From a bacterium (GTDB taxonomy: Bacteria > Desulfobacterota > Desulfocorpusculales > Desulfocorpusculum): DNA of 64,000 nucleotides. This document shows, in pieces, positions 21,221 to 29,665 of the stretch. Made by a program: the position numbers and the translations under genes. The stretch spans positions 128,989 to 192,988 of the forward strand of contig JBBFLE010000001.1 of the NCBI GenBank assembly GCA_037481695.1, given 5' to 3'. The notes below the pieces were generated by a model, which saw only the letters and a program-made list of their open reading frames with translations, did not search any database and was not told the DNA's origin. Each line of letters starts with the position of its first letter. Positions within the stretch are counted from its first letter, which is position 1.

Positions 21221-24200
21221 AGCTCTTCCTTTACCTTCTTCAGGATCTTGTTGGCCTCCTTAGCCGCCTCCGGCGGTGGGATTGTCTTTCCGTCTCCCAT
21301 CTCAATGCGAACAAAAAATCGGAACGGCGTATTCGCCTTGGCCTTAAGCTTCAGCAGGTCAGGAATAGCATCGCCCAGTTCCTGGATTTCAGAAGGCTCG
21401 AGCTCAGCACTCGCCATCAACACATTGGAAGGGGGTGGGGGTGGGGGCGGAGGCGGGACATCCAGCGGCACCTTGAGCTTTACAGACTGGGCCCCCGGGA
21501 AGTCGCAGGGCCAAGGACCGGATGCCTGGTCCAGCACGAGGAAGCGCGCCTGGAGAGCAGCCGTGATCACATCCCGAACGGTCTTCCACGGGAGCGTCTT
21601 ACCTGCTTTGACGGACAAGGCCGTAGCAACGGAAAGGGCCGAAGCCACACCATCTTTCCAAGCCGCCGGCAGGTTCTCCGGAAGAATCTCCGCAGCAGCG
21701 ATCACGGCTGGCGGCGGGCAGAGTTTCGACGTGGCGTTCAAGACGCCCGCCGGGATCGGCTCGCCCAGGATACTGGCTGGCCCCGAGAGCAGCCACAGCG
21801 CCCCGCTCTCAACGGCAAGGCCGATGGCCTTCTCCACCACTGCCTGCCCGGCCTTCGGAATCCGCATCGGCTCTTGGTAGCCTTCGCGTTCCACCTGCAC
21901 GACGGTCGAACCGCTGAAGTAACGGGTCACTGCGTCAACCGTGATCTCATCGGCAGACCACAGGCCCGGCAAATGTTTGGGTGCCAGGAGTGCAGGGGAA
22001 ATCTCCCCAAGCTCGGCGGCCTCCGGAAGGACGAGCTCAAGCGCCGGATCGTTCATCGCGTTCTCATCCGGCCTGGACATCCACCACGTCCGCACCGAGC
22101 CGTCGGGCCGGGTCAGCCGAAGCACGAAGGTTCCCCCCTCGCACCCGTTTGCAAGCGTGTCAAGGATGGCGCTGGAGCGAAGCATCTTCGGCAGATGCGG
22201 CAACTGCGCAAAGGCACCCGCCAGGTCCTTGACCCGCCGCGAGGTCTCGCCTGAGCGCCAGAGGTTATAAGGGCCATCGGGGAGAAGAGCCTCGGCCGTG
22301 ATGGCGGTATCCTGCACGCGCGACCGCTTATCGCTCTTGATGATGTTGAAGTGCGGGTCCTCCGTGACGGTGATCTTGAAGGCCTGCACTTCATCCTTCT
22401 CCGAGACAGTCACCACGATGCAATACGCCTGTTTGACCGCTTCGGGAATACGGGCTTTGGCCTTCTCGATGTTGATCTGGAGAGTCTCGGCCCGGGCGGG
22501 ATCGACGTTGCCGTCCTTTTGTTGCTTCTTGATCTCCTCGCGCACCTGCTCCCAGCCCAGGTAGTCGCGGGCCCTGGCCATTGCCAGCTCGAGGCCGTCG
22601 CGTGAGGGCACAAGCAGGATCACCGCGTTCCGGTAAACCCTCGGACGATCCGGCCCTGTTGTCTCGTCGATGAATCGCTTCGCCTCGGGGCTGGGCTTTC
22701 CTGATTCCGAAGCGGCGCCCGGACCCAAGACGGCGTAATGGAACGCGCCGTCATCTTCGATGTCCTTGGGCCGTGCGGGGAGCGTGTGGACACGAGCCCC
22801 CGCCGCGGAAGCGTTGGCCGTGAGAGCCTTAGTCTTGCTGATATCGTCCAGGAGTCTTGCCCGGACGACGTCCTCGGGGATATTCTTGGCGGCGATGGCA
22901 TGCATCTGCGTGAGATTGGGTCGGTTGCCCAGCCGCCACGTTGCGGGCAGTTGGCCTTCGGCCACGGCGGCGTAGAGGTCGTCGAGCCAGTAGCTCTCCT
23001 GCGCCCATCGGGCCAAGCCCTTTTGCAGCTCGATCTTGTCAGGCCTGGTAGAACCCAGAAGAACCAGGAGGTCCCGCGTTCTGGCCGTCTGACCGATAGG
23101 CTGGGAGTGAAGAAACGTCGCCACAACGGCCTGCTCTATCTCCCGGAACTTGAGACCGACCGATTCGTCCTGGATCCGTATCGCTTGGGCGAACTCGCTA
23201 TTCAGGATGCCGGTCCAGGCCTGCTTCTTCCCTTCCCACTCCTCGGTGTCGGCGACGGCGACCATCTCACGCAGCGACTCGGACAAGCCCTCGAAGCCGG
23301 GCGGGGAAAGGAACACAGCGGGCCCGATGAGCGGGCTCATGTCCCATTTTTCGGCTTGCCGGAGCGCCAAGGCGAACGTCCGCAGCACCCCGCGGGTTCG
23401 CTGGAACCGAGCGAGCTGCGTCCACTTGGAGTAAAGCACCTCGGTGAGATCGGGGTGGAATGGATAGCTCTTCAGGAACCGCTCCTCCGCCTCCGCACCC
23501 TGCTTGGCCGTCTGCTCGTCGACCCCCTGGATGCCTTTGAGGGCCGCCACCACGTGCTGGCGGAAAGATTCCCGATCCTTGAGCGACTCCGTCGTGAAGA
23601 ACCGTCGGCGCAGTACTTCGGCGATATCCTCCTTGACCACCGGTTCCACCGCTTCTTCGCGTTGCCGCTGGAAGATGTCATAGAGCTCGGCCTGGATCTC
23701 GCGGCCAAGCGTGTCGCTTTTACGCGGGTCTGTCGCCAGGAGCGACGCCACGAGGCAGCAGCGGTCCACCTTGGCCACGGCCTGCGTCAGGTACTGGAAG
23801 AAATTCACGAGCCGGGACCGCCACTCGGGATCCTGGGCGACCTTCTCGCGGGCGTACATCAAGACCTCGTCGACGAGGATCAAGGTCCCAAGCCCGTCCC
23901 TGGCTGGGAGTTCCAGGAGCTCCGCCAGGAGGTTCTCGGCGGGGGCCGAATCGCGTTCTTCCGCCTTGCCGTCGGCGTGCAGAAGCTTGAGTCCTTCATC
24001 GCCCGCGATCTGGTAGGCCAGGATGCTCCAGGGCTGCTTCAGGGTGCGCACCTTTCCCGCGGGGGAAGCGATTTCCATGCCCTTCTCGACGTCCAGCTTG
24101 TCGAAGCACAGCCCCGCCACGCGGCACTTGGGAGGCTTCTGGCCGATGGCCTGGACAAATTCCGCAACGGACGGAAGATTGGGCAGCTTGTCGGGATCGG

Positions 24201-24510
24201 TAACGAGGTGGCGAAGCGTGATCAGGGTATGGGTCTTGCCGCCCCCATAGGTGAGTTCCAACTGGCGGACGGCCTTGTCGTTCTTCCCGGCCAGCCGCAA
24301 AACCACGTCGCGCACGAGCTGGCGCAGGTTGTAGGTCGGGAAGGTAAGGGCGAAAAACTCCTCGGGCTTCTCGTAGATCGGGCGCTTGCCACGCTGCATC
24401 AGGACCTCGTAGAGGTCGGCGGCGAACATATGAAGCGGGAGTTCGCCGGAGCGCAGGTCCTCTCGCAGATTGACCACCTCGTGCCACGGCTTCCAAGGTA
24501 GCTTGGCCAT
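21196..24510 (-). CDS. DUF499 (BrxC/PglY-like) AAA+ ATPase, with a C-terminal poly-Pro linker plus ~80-aa tail
   Basis: MAKLPWKPWHEVVNLREDLRSGELPLHMFAADLYEV... plus TYGGGKTHTLITL P-loop is the canonical DUF499 N-terminus; start taken at the internal ATG 24510 (the ORF extends to 24606). Confidence 0.8.
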   Translation of the reverse strand: MAKLPWKPWHEVVNLREDLRSGELPLHMFAADLYEVLMQRGKRPIYEKPEEFFALTFPTYNLRQLVRDVVLRLAGKNDKAVRQLELTYGGGKTHTLITLRHLVTDPDKLPNLPSVAEFVQAIGQKPPKCRVAGLCFDKLDVEKGMEIASPAGKVRTLKQPWSILAYQIAGDEGLKLLHADGKAEERDSAPAENLLAELLELPARDGLGTLILVDEVLMYAREKVAQDPEWRSRLVNFFQYLTQAVAKVDRCCLVASLLATDPRKSDTLGREIQAELYDIFQRQREEAVEPVVKEDIAEVLRRRFFTTESLKDRESFRQHVVAALKGIQGVDEQTAKQGAEAEERFLKSYPFHPDLTEVLYSKWTQLARFQRTRGVLRTFALALRQAEKWDMSPLIGPAVFLSPPGFEGLSESLREMVAVADTEEWEGKKQAWTGILNSEFAQAIRIQDESVGLKFREIEQAVVATFLHSQPIGQTARTRDLLVLLGSTRPDKIELQKGLARWAQESYWLDDLYAAVAEGQLPATWRLGNRPNLTQMHAIAAKNIPEDVVRARLLDDISKTKALTANASAAGARVHTLPARPKDIEDDGAFHYAVLGPGAASESGKPSPEAKRFIDETTGPDRPRVYRNAVILLVPSRDGLELAMARARDYLGWEQVREEIKKQQKDGNVDPARAETLQINIEKAKARIPEAVKQAYCIVVTVSEKDEVQAFKITVTEDPHFNIIKSDKRSRVQDTAITAEALLPDGPYNLWRSGETSRRVKDLAGAFAQLPHLPKMLRSSAILDTLANGCEGGTFVLRLTRPDGSVRTWWMSRPDENAMNDPALELVLPEAAELGEISPALLAPKHLPGLWSADEITVDAVTRYFSGSTVVQVEREGYQEPMRIPKAGQAVVEKAIGLAVESGALWLLSGPASILGEPIPAGVLNATSKLCPPPAVIAAAEILPENLPAAWKDGVASALSVATALSVKAGKTLPWKTVRDVITAALQARFLVLDQASGPWPCDFPGAQSVKLKVPLDVPPPPPPPPPSNVLMASAELEPSEIQELGDAIPDLLKLKAKANTPFRFFVRIEMGDGKTIPPPEAAKEANKILKKVKEELQLGGGER
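21431..21457. repeat. G-tract GGGGGTGGGGGTGGGGGCGGAGGCGGG (C-strand encodes P9 in the DUF499 protein); potential G-quadruplex / slippage-prone hexamer repeat
   Basis: Read directly from the sequence. Confidence 0.7.
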
Positions 24511-24511
24511 G

Positions 24512-24889
24512 TCAATCCCCCTCTCGATCCGGTTGATATTCCCGAATGCGGTTGCGCTCGACGATCCAGAGCTTGCCTTTGATATCGTTCTGAGCAAGCC
24601 CTTCAATCAACGTACGGCAGCACGCCCAGAGGTCTTGGTCGGTCGGCTTGTGCGGAAGGCGTAAGACGGCGATGCCGCTGTATTCCCAAGGAGGGAAAAG
24701 GAAGGGATTGCTGAAGTCCAGGTCGAGCGTGACTAGACACCTACCCTCTGCCCGACAGGCGGTGATGAGCACGCGATCGCTGGCGGAGCAGAGGTTTTGC
24801 TGCGGAACGGTGGCGACGTCATGGCCCGCGGATCGGAACAGGCGTGCACCCCGTTCACCCAAGTTCTCATCGAGCTTGAGCTTCATCAT
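24512..24889 (-). CDS. DUF5615 (PIN-like, Mut7-C fold) putative toxin
   Basis: MMKLKLDENLGERGARLFRSAGHDVATV...DLDFS pattern typical of DUF5615; start at internal ATG 24889/24886. Confidence 0.65.
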   Translation of the reverse strand: MMKLKLDENLGERGARLFRSAGHDVATVPQQNLCSASDRVLITACRAEGRCLVTLDLDFSNPFLFPPWEYSGIAVLRLPHKPTDQDLWACCRTLIEGLAQNDIKGKLWIVERNRIREYQPDREGD

Positions 24890-25131
24890 TGATTCGCCGC
24901 CGGCAGCTCGACATATCGTTCGCGCGACATTTCGGCCCCATACGCAATGCAAGCTCGGATGTCGTCGTCGTCGATACCAGGGTAATTCTCGCGGATCTGA
25001 TCGAACGTCCAGCCGCTGGCCAGCAAATCCAAGATCAGCGACACCCAGATTCGGTGTCCCCGAATACAGGGCTTGCCGAAGCAAATATTCGGATCGATGG
25101 AGATGCGCTTCAACAGGTCTTCTCGGTTCAT
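24886..25131 (-). CDS. DUF433 putative antitoxin
   Basis: FGKPCIRGHRIWVSLILDLLASGWTFDQIRENYPGIDDDDIRACIAYGAE matches the DUF433 consensus; 4-nt overlaps on both sides. Confidence 0.7.
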   Translation of the reverse strand: MNREDLLKRISIDPNICFGKPCIRGHRIWVSLILDLLASGWTFDQIRENYPGIDDDDIRACIAYGAEMSRERYVELPAANQ

Positions 25132-28100
25132 GGACGATCCTCCTTGTTTGACGGAGTATCGGTGTCGTCGCCAAAAGTCAAGCCCAGCTGGCGATTTTCC
25201 TTCACCGCGCCCCTGGCCTGGACGTGGTTGCTCAGGGATTCGAGCAGGGAGCGCTCTTCGCTTCCGTGGGGCGAAAGCTCGATGAGCGACTGGAGGAGCC
25301 GCTTGAAAAGTTCTTGCCGGCGCAGTCCGTTGCCGTCGAGGTACTCGTCCACCTTGGCAAGATCGCCGGCCTTCCAGAGATGCATCAGGCGGTGCACGCG
25401 GTCGATGAGAGGGATCGGTTTCCCGGCCGGCGCCTCATAGCCAAGTGAACGTCTCTTACGCTGCGCCCACGTCTTGAGCTTCACCTTGCTCCCGGATTCC
25501 TCGAAAGTAGTAGCCGCGTCCTCGCCGCTTTCTTCCTCTTCTATCTCATCATCATCTTCAAGCGACGAGACGTCGCTTCTACTATAGCCGATGATGTCCC
25601 ACGTGTCGGCCAGCTCCTTGTCGGAGAGGCCACACGAGATCGCGTAGAGGATGCACGCGCCCGCCGGGGCTTCCTCGAGGCCGAAGTCGTGACGATGCAG
25701 AAGGTAGTAGGCGGTTGGATCGTCGAGAGTAGACGCGTCGTCTCGACGCGTATCTTCATGTTCGCTTCCACTCAGCACTCGGCCGACCACGAACTCCACG
25801 ACCATCCGCCGCACGTGGGCGAGGAACTCGCTCACCGTCATCAGGCCCGGCTCATTGGCCTTCTTGACCACGGGGTGCTTGCTGTAGGCCTCGAGCGCCG
25901 GACCCGTTGCCGCCCACACGAAGTCCGGCCCACGGATGCCCGCGTCCCAGAATTCGCGGAGCTTGGCGCGGATATTCCGACGCATCTCTTCCAGAACCTG
26001 GTTGTCCCAGCCGGGCTTCGAAAGTAGAAGCGGCGTCCCGCCGCTTTCATCCACGCGACGAGACGTCGCGTCTACGAACGTAGAAGCGGCGTCCTCGCCG
26101 CTTGAGATTACGCGATGAGACGTCGCGTCTACTCGCTTCTTGCAGACCAGCCAAACGGAGGAGGCGAGAGCAGAAGACGCCTTTGCACGCATCCTGGTGT
26201 TCATCTCCGTCTGGATGGGCCAGCTGCCGTCGACGACGAAACCCGATCGAACGAGTGCCGACACGAGGGCTTCCCATGCATCAGGCTGCTTGTTGGCGAA
26301 AACAACAACCATCTTGCCATCCGGTTTCAGTGCGTTCCTGCACGCCTGAAACGCACGCGCCATTCCCTCCTCATAAACGGCCTTCGACTTGGCCTTGTCG
26401 CCTCCGTGACGACTTGCGTCATCGATGAGTTCCCCGTCGTTTCTCTCGTGATTCCACTTGGGCGAAAGGGGGTCTCGAAATGCCCTGTCCAGGTCCAGAG
26501 AAAGACCGTTCAGCGAGCGCTTCAGCCATAGATAGAAAAAATCCATCAGATCCGAGTACGGAATCGCATCGTAGTAGGGCGGGTCCGTCACCACGGCGTC
26601 GTACTGGCCGGAACTGATCTCGAGGGCAGATCGGTTCTCCGCCACGGGCGCCTCGGCATCCGTCGAAGCGAGTAAAGCATGGTCGATACAGAGCGACACC
26701 CAGTTGAGCTGGGCGCAATACGCCGCGCCGACGACATTGATGACTGCCACCTCGGCGAAGTCCCACGTAATCGGCAAAGCGAAGCGAGTAAAGGTATTCC
26801 CGACAAACTCGCCGGAAATAACCCATCGGCAAGTCGTTGAATTGTAGTCTGCAACCTTGTCGTTGAGTATGGCTAGGTAACCTATGACAGCCTCACGCCA
26901 TTCCGACGGATAGCCAAACCGCAACATCTCAGTTGCCGCCTCCCTCGTCCACTTCACGAACGTCCCCAGCGCCAGAAGCTGGCGGGGGGTGAAGAGATCC
27001 CTCCATCGCGTGAAGCCGTAGCCGTCTACGGAAAAAGCTCGGCTTGCTCCGATTCCTCCCCTGGGAGTCGGCTCCACGGGCAACCCGAACGGAATCTGCG
27101 CGAAGAGGTCGGGCAATGCCTTCTCTGCCTGACCCGCTTTCTCTATTTCCTCTCGCTCCGGCAGCCGGTACTCCTTGCCGTCTTGTCCTTCCACGACCAC
27201 GGCGGTCATGACCGAGCCGAGACGCCCGGCCCGACCCTCCAGTCGAATGTCCTCCATCGTCATGATCGTGCCGCAGCAGGGGCACTTGGCGCCAGAGCGC
27301 GACATCGTTCCCGCCCCGAGGCGCTTGTCGTGCTCGCGGCGCTGCGCTGCGTTCCCGCCTTTTACGGGAACGTTTGTCTCGATTCCAAAGACCACAGTAG
27401 ACGCGACGTCCCGTCGCGTTGGGGCGGCACTGTCTTCCGGCTTGCCCTTGGGATTATTCCGAATGTATTGCCTGACTCGTTCCATTTGAGCAGGGCTTCT
27501 AATAATGTGGTCAAAGGATTCTTTCTGCCATACGGTTCCGCTGCGCCCCAGTTTCCTGTTGATCTCGTGCGCCGTGTAGGACTTCCATGAATGAAGGATC
27601 TCGGACAGTTCATGCCCAGCCAGGGGGGTCACCAAAGCATGGACATGGTTGGGCATCACCACATGTTCATCGAGAAGGTAGCGTTCTCCATCAAAGTGCC
27701 GCAGAGCACTTTCGACAAGTGCCTTGATTTCTGGTTTGGCAAGGATGCATTCGCCGTAACCGGCGTCTAGCCATTCCTGAAAACGTTGGGGAAAAAGTTG
27801 ATAATACTCGCGACGTGTCTTTTCGTCGTGAGGTTCAGGATGTTTCTCCTGCCACGCCTTGCGTTCCTCTTCCCATTGCAGCAACTTCTCTTGAGGCATG
27901 GAATCTGCTAGACGGAAGGTCACGAAATAGGTTGCACCGTCCTGGCGCCAATGGGGAAGGTTGCCGGAAAGGTTGCCAATGGGGGCTTCAGGATCGAAGT
28001 AATGCAGAAGCGCCGTCTCGACGCTTCTCGCACGCGGCGAGGACGCCGCGTCTACTATTACTTGCATCGTGAGGAGCACGCGCTTTTTTTCCTTCTTGCA

Positions 28101-29138
28101 CAGCCAGCGGGTCTTGAGGAGCGGGATCGTCGCGCGGCAGTTCTTGCAGGTCACCGTGCGCGCCCAGAGGTAGGCGACCGTCGGCTTCGCCACCCATCGG
28201 GGATTGCGTTTGTCTGCCAGGTACTCCGCGCTGAACTGGGCATTCAGCCGGTCAATGTCCGGCTTCCCATCTTCCTTGAGGGGAACCAGGCGCGTGGGCT
28301 GCTTCTCGTAAGGTAGACGCGACGTCCCGTCGCATAGAAAGCGGCGGGACGCCACTTCTACCGGCTCGAACTCGGCGTAGGTCGGGTAGAACCTGGCAAG
28401 TTCCCGTCGGGCGCGGTCGAGAACCCACTGGCCCCACGCTCGGACGTGCCAGGCGAGGTCTGCTTCCAAAGGAGACGCGACGTCCCGTTGCATGGCCTGT
28501 TTAAAAAGCGACAAGACGTCGCTTCTACACCGCGGGTGCGCCTTGTAAAAGGCCTTCATGAACTCCTCGTTCTCGAGGATGAAGTCCGGCAGAGGATGGG
28601 TCTTCCCGGCCAGCTTCTGCGGATATTCGAGCGTGCATTTGAGGATGAACCAGGCGACCGGGTTGATGTCCACGGCCGTCACCTCGCACCCGAGGCGCAT
28701 GGCCTCCAGCGGGATCGCACCGCCGCCCGCGAAGGGGTCCAGCACTTTGGGTGGGCGCCCTCCGTAGGCCTTGCGGATCTCCTGCCGGAACCACTCCAGC
28801 AGCTCCTTGTTCTCGGTCTCCCGGCCCCAGTGCAGAATGCCTCCCTCGGTGGCTTCCTTCTCACGCTCGACGACCCGCCCGCCGGGCATCTTCTTGCGCT
28901 CGATCTTTTTCACTACTTTGCCACCGATTTTCTCGCAGAGCTTCTGGCGTGCTTCGGGCGTTCCGGGATCAGGCAGGAGCGTGGCGATGAGGGCGGCCCG
29001 GCACGCGGCCAGCGGCCGCCGCGCTGGCCAGATGTGGAGCGTCGAGATGTGCCCATGCCGCACGTTCTTCTCGTGGACGGAGTCCAGAGAAGCCTGCTTC
29101 AGCGGGAAGGCATGCTCGATCAGGCGAGATTTGTCCAT
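25128..29138 (-). CDS. DUF1156-family N6-adenine DNA methyltransferase (1336 aa) carrying an in-frame Y1/RAYT transposase domain and multiple in-frame REP-derived segments
   Basis: Canonical DUF1156 N-terminus (EHAFPLKQASL...HIWPARRPLAACRAAL); FxGxG motif (VLDPFAGGGAIP); Zn-ribbon KCPCCGT; catalytic DPPYYD motif; AGGA RBS 6 nt before ATG 29138. Confidence 0.85.
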   Translation of the reverse strand: MDKSRLIEHAFPLKQASLDSVHEKNVRHGHISTLHIWPARRPLAACRAALIATLLPDPGTPEARQKLCEKIGGKVVKKIERKKMPGGRVVEREKEATEGGILHWGRETENKELLEWFRQEIRKAYGGRPPKVLDPFAGGGAIPLEAMRLGCEVTAVDINPVAWFILKCTLEYPQKLAGKTHPLPDFILENEEFMKAFYKAHPRCRSDVLSLFKQAMQRDVASPLEADLAWHVRAWGQWVLDRARRELARFYPTYAEFEPVEVASRRFLCDGTSRLPYEKQPTRLVPLKEDGKPDIDRLNAQFSAEYLADKRNPRWVAKPTVAYLWARTVTCKNCRATIPLLKTRWLCKKEKKRVLLTMQVIVDAASSPRARSVETALLHYFDPEAPIGNLSGNLPHWRQDGATYFVTFRLADSMPQEKLLQWEEERKAWQEKHPEPHDEKTRREYYQLFPQRFQEWLDAGYGECILAKPEIKALVESALRHFDGERYLLDEHVVMPNHVHALVTPLAGHELSEILHSWKSYTAHEINRKLGRSGTVWQKESFDHIIRSPAQMERVRQYIRNNPKGKPEDSAAPTRRDVASTVVFGIETNVPVKGGNAAQRREHDKRLGAGTMSRSGAKCPCCGTIMTMEDIRLEGRAGRLGSVMTAVVVEGQDGKEYRLPEREEIEKAGQAEKALPDLFAQIPFGLPVEPTPRGGIGASRAFSVDGYGFTRWRDLFTPRQLLALGTFVKWTREAATEMLRFGYPSEWREAVIGYLAILNDKVADYNSTTCRWVISGEFVGNTFTRFALPITWDFAEVAVINVVGAAYCAQLNWVSLCIDHALLASTDAEAPVAENRSALEISSGQYDAVVTDPPYYDAIPYSDLMDFFYLWLKRSLNGLSLDLDRAFRDPLSPKWNHERNDGELIDDASRHGGDKAKSKAVYEEGMARAFQACRNALKPDGKMVVVFANKQPDAWEALVSALVRSGFVVDGSWPIQTEMNTRMRAKASSALASSVWLVCKKRVDATSHRVISSGEDAASTFVDATSRRVDESGGTPLLLSKPGWDNQVLEEMRRNIRAKLREFWDAGIRGPDFVWAATGPALEAYSKHPVVKKANEPGLMTVSEFLAHVRRMVVEFVVGRVLSGSEHEDTRRDDASTLDDPTAYYLLHRHDFGLEEAPAGACILYAISCGLSDKELADTWDIIGYSRSDVSSLEDDDEIEEEESGEDAATTFEESGSKVKLKTWAQRKRRSLGYEAPAGKPIPLIDRVHRLMHLWKAGDLAKVDEYLDGNGLRRQELFKRLLQSLIELSPHGSEERSLLESLSNHVQARGAVKENRQLGLTFGDDTDTPSNKEDRP
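25509..25583. repeat. REP doublet (REPIN-like) with expanded acidic spacer, in frame in the methyltransferase (encodes SRSDVSSLEDDDEIEEEESGEDAATTF)
   Basis: GTAGTAGCCGCGtccTCGCCGCT ... AGCGACGagaCGTCGCTTCTAC. Confidence 0.6.
25729..25751. repeat. Solo REP hairpin GTAG-ACGCGTCG-tct-CGACGCGT (encodes TRRDDAST)
   Basis: Perfect 8-bp stem preceded by GTAG. Confidence 0.65.
26024..26132. repeat. Two tandem REP doublets (REPINs, 52-53 bp each, period 56 bp): GTAGAAGCGGCG-tcc-CGCCGCTT/spacer/ACGCGA(C/T)G-aga-CGTCGCGTCTAC; in frame, encodes VDATSHRVISSGEDAASTFVDATSRRVDESGG
   Basis: Read directly; the two REPs in each doublet are inverted (GTAG ... CTAC). Confidence 0.75.
27397..27419. repeat. REP hairpin GTAG-ACGCGACG-tcc-CGTCGCGT immediately 3' of the RAYT domain (encodes TRRDVAST)
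   Basis: Read directly; orientation inverted relative to the REP on the other side of the RAYT. Confidence 0.7.
27425..27965 (-). mobile_element. IS200-like Y1 transposase / REP-associated tyrosine transposase (RAYT) domain, embedded in frame in the methyltransferase
   Basis: LPHWRQDGATYFVTFRL..., HuH motif MPNHVHALV, ...GTVWQKESFDHIIRS..., RQYIRNNP (catalytic Tyr region); no own start codon; flanked by inverted REPs at 28005-28055 and 27397-27419. Confidence 0.75.
28005..28055. repeat. Degenerate REP plus REP (CGCGGCG-agga-CGCCGCG-TCTAC) immediately 5' of the RAYT domain (encodes IVDAASSPRARSVETALL)
   Basis: Read directly. Confidence 0.6.
28313..28362. repeat. REP doublet GTAGACGCGACG-tcc-CGTCGCA/tagaa/AGCGGCG-gga-CGCCACTTCTAC in the N-terminal half of the methyltransferase
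   Basis: Read directly. Confidence 0.6.
28471..28528. repeat. Degenerate REP doublet (GGAGACGCGACG-tcc-CGTTGCA ... AGCGAC-aag-ACGTCGCTTCTAC) in the N-terminal half of the methyltransferase
   Basis: Read directly. Confidence 0.5.
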
Positions 29139-29162
29139 GCATCATCCTCGCGTGCCTACTTG

Positions 29163-29663
29163 TTAGGGTCTGCCGTCCACTTCAGACATCCTGATGGCAT
29201 CGTGTCCTATAGGGAACACATATGCTGCCGCGTGCCAATCTCTATTGGGATCGCCGCCCATCAGCAGAAGTACCGGTTCGGGACACCTCATCGCATTATT
29301 GGTGGCAAATGACTTCATTTGTTCATGGTCTATTTCGCTAGGGATAGGGGCGGCCAAAGGATGGTAATGCCACTCGCCAAGGTAATACTGTTTCCGACGC
29401 CAGAGACGGTTCAAGAACGCCTGGAGACCTCGCACGCCGCGGTTGAAAAATACTCTGCCTCGTCTGGAATCTGCCGGAGGTCCAGACACATCGGTTACGA
29501 TAGCCCAATCGTGCTTGTCAGTATAGTAACCAACGAGAATTCCCCCTGTCTCCATATGCCTTGATGCCTTACAGAATGCGATTATCTTGTCCATTGTCAT
29601 TCCTTGCACAGACAGTCCAAACCGCGCATCAGGCGTTCTAAACTCAAGGGTTCTCATGTTCAT
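29163..29663 (-). CDS. cap3: CBASS Cap3-like JAB/JAMM isopeptidase
   Basis: E...HYHPLAAPIPSEID = HxH-x7-S-x2-D JAMM motif; 166 aa; directly downstream of the E1/E2 gene. Confidence 0.75.
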   Translation of the reverse strand: MNMRTLEFRTPDARFGLSVQGMTMDKIIAFCKASRHMETGGILVGYYTDKHDWAIVTDVSGPPADSRRGRVFFNRGVRGLQAFLNRLWRRKQYYLGEWHYHPLAAPIPSEIDHEQMKSFATNNAMRCPEPVLLLMGGDPNRDWHAAAYVFPIGHDAIRMSEVDGRP

Positions 29664-29665
29664 TA

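Noticed and set aside
22738-24501. 587-aa plus-strand ORF inside the DUF499 gene (and similar long antisense ORFs at 34540-35769 and 21248-21880)
   Set aside because: Antisense to strongly supported genes, with low-complexity translations and no start context.
26024-26132. Tandem ~56-bp repeats that could superficially suggest a mini CRISPR array
   Set aside because: There are only two units, and each unit is itself an inverted-repeat doublet with no unique spacers. The copies are dispersed singly elsewhere and lie in frame inside a CDS. The REP/REPIN interpretation fits; CRISPR does not.
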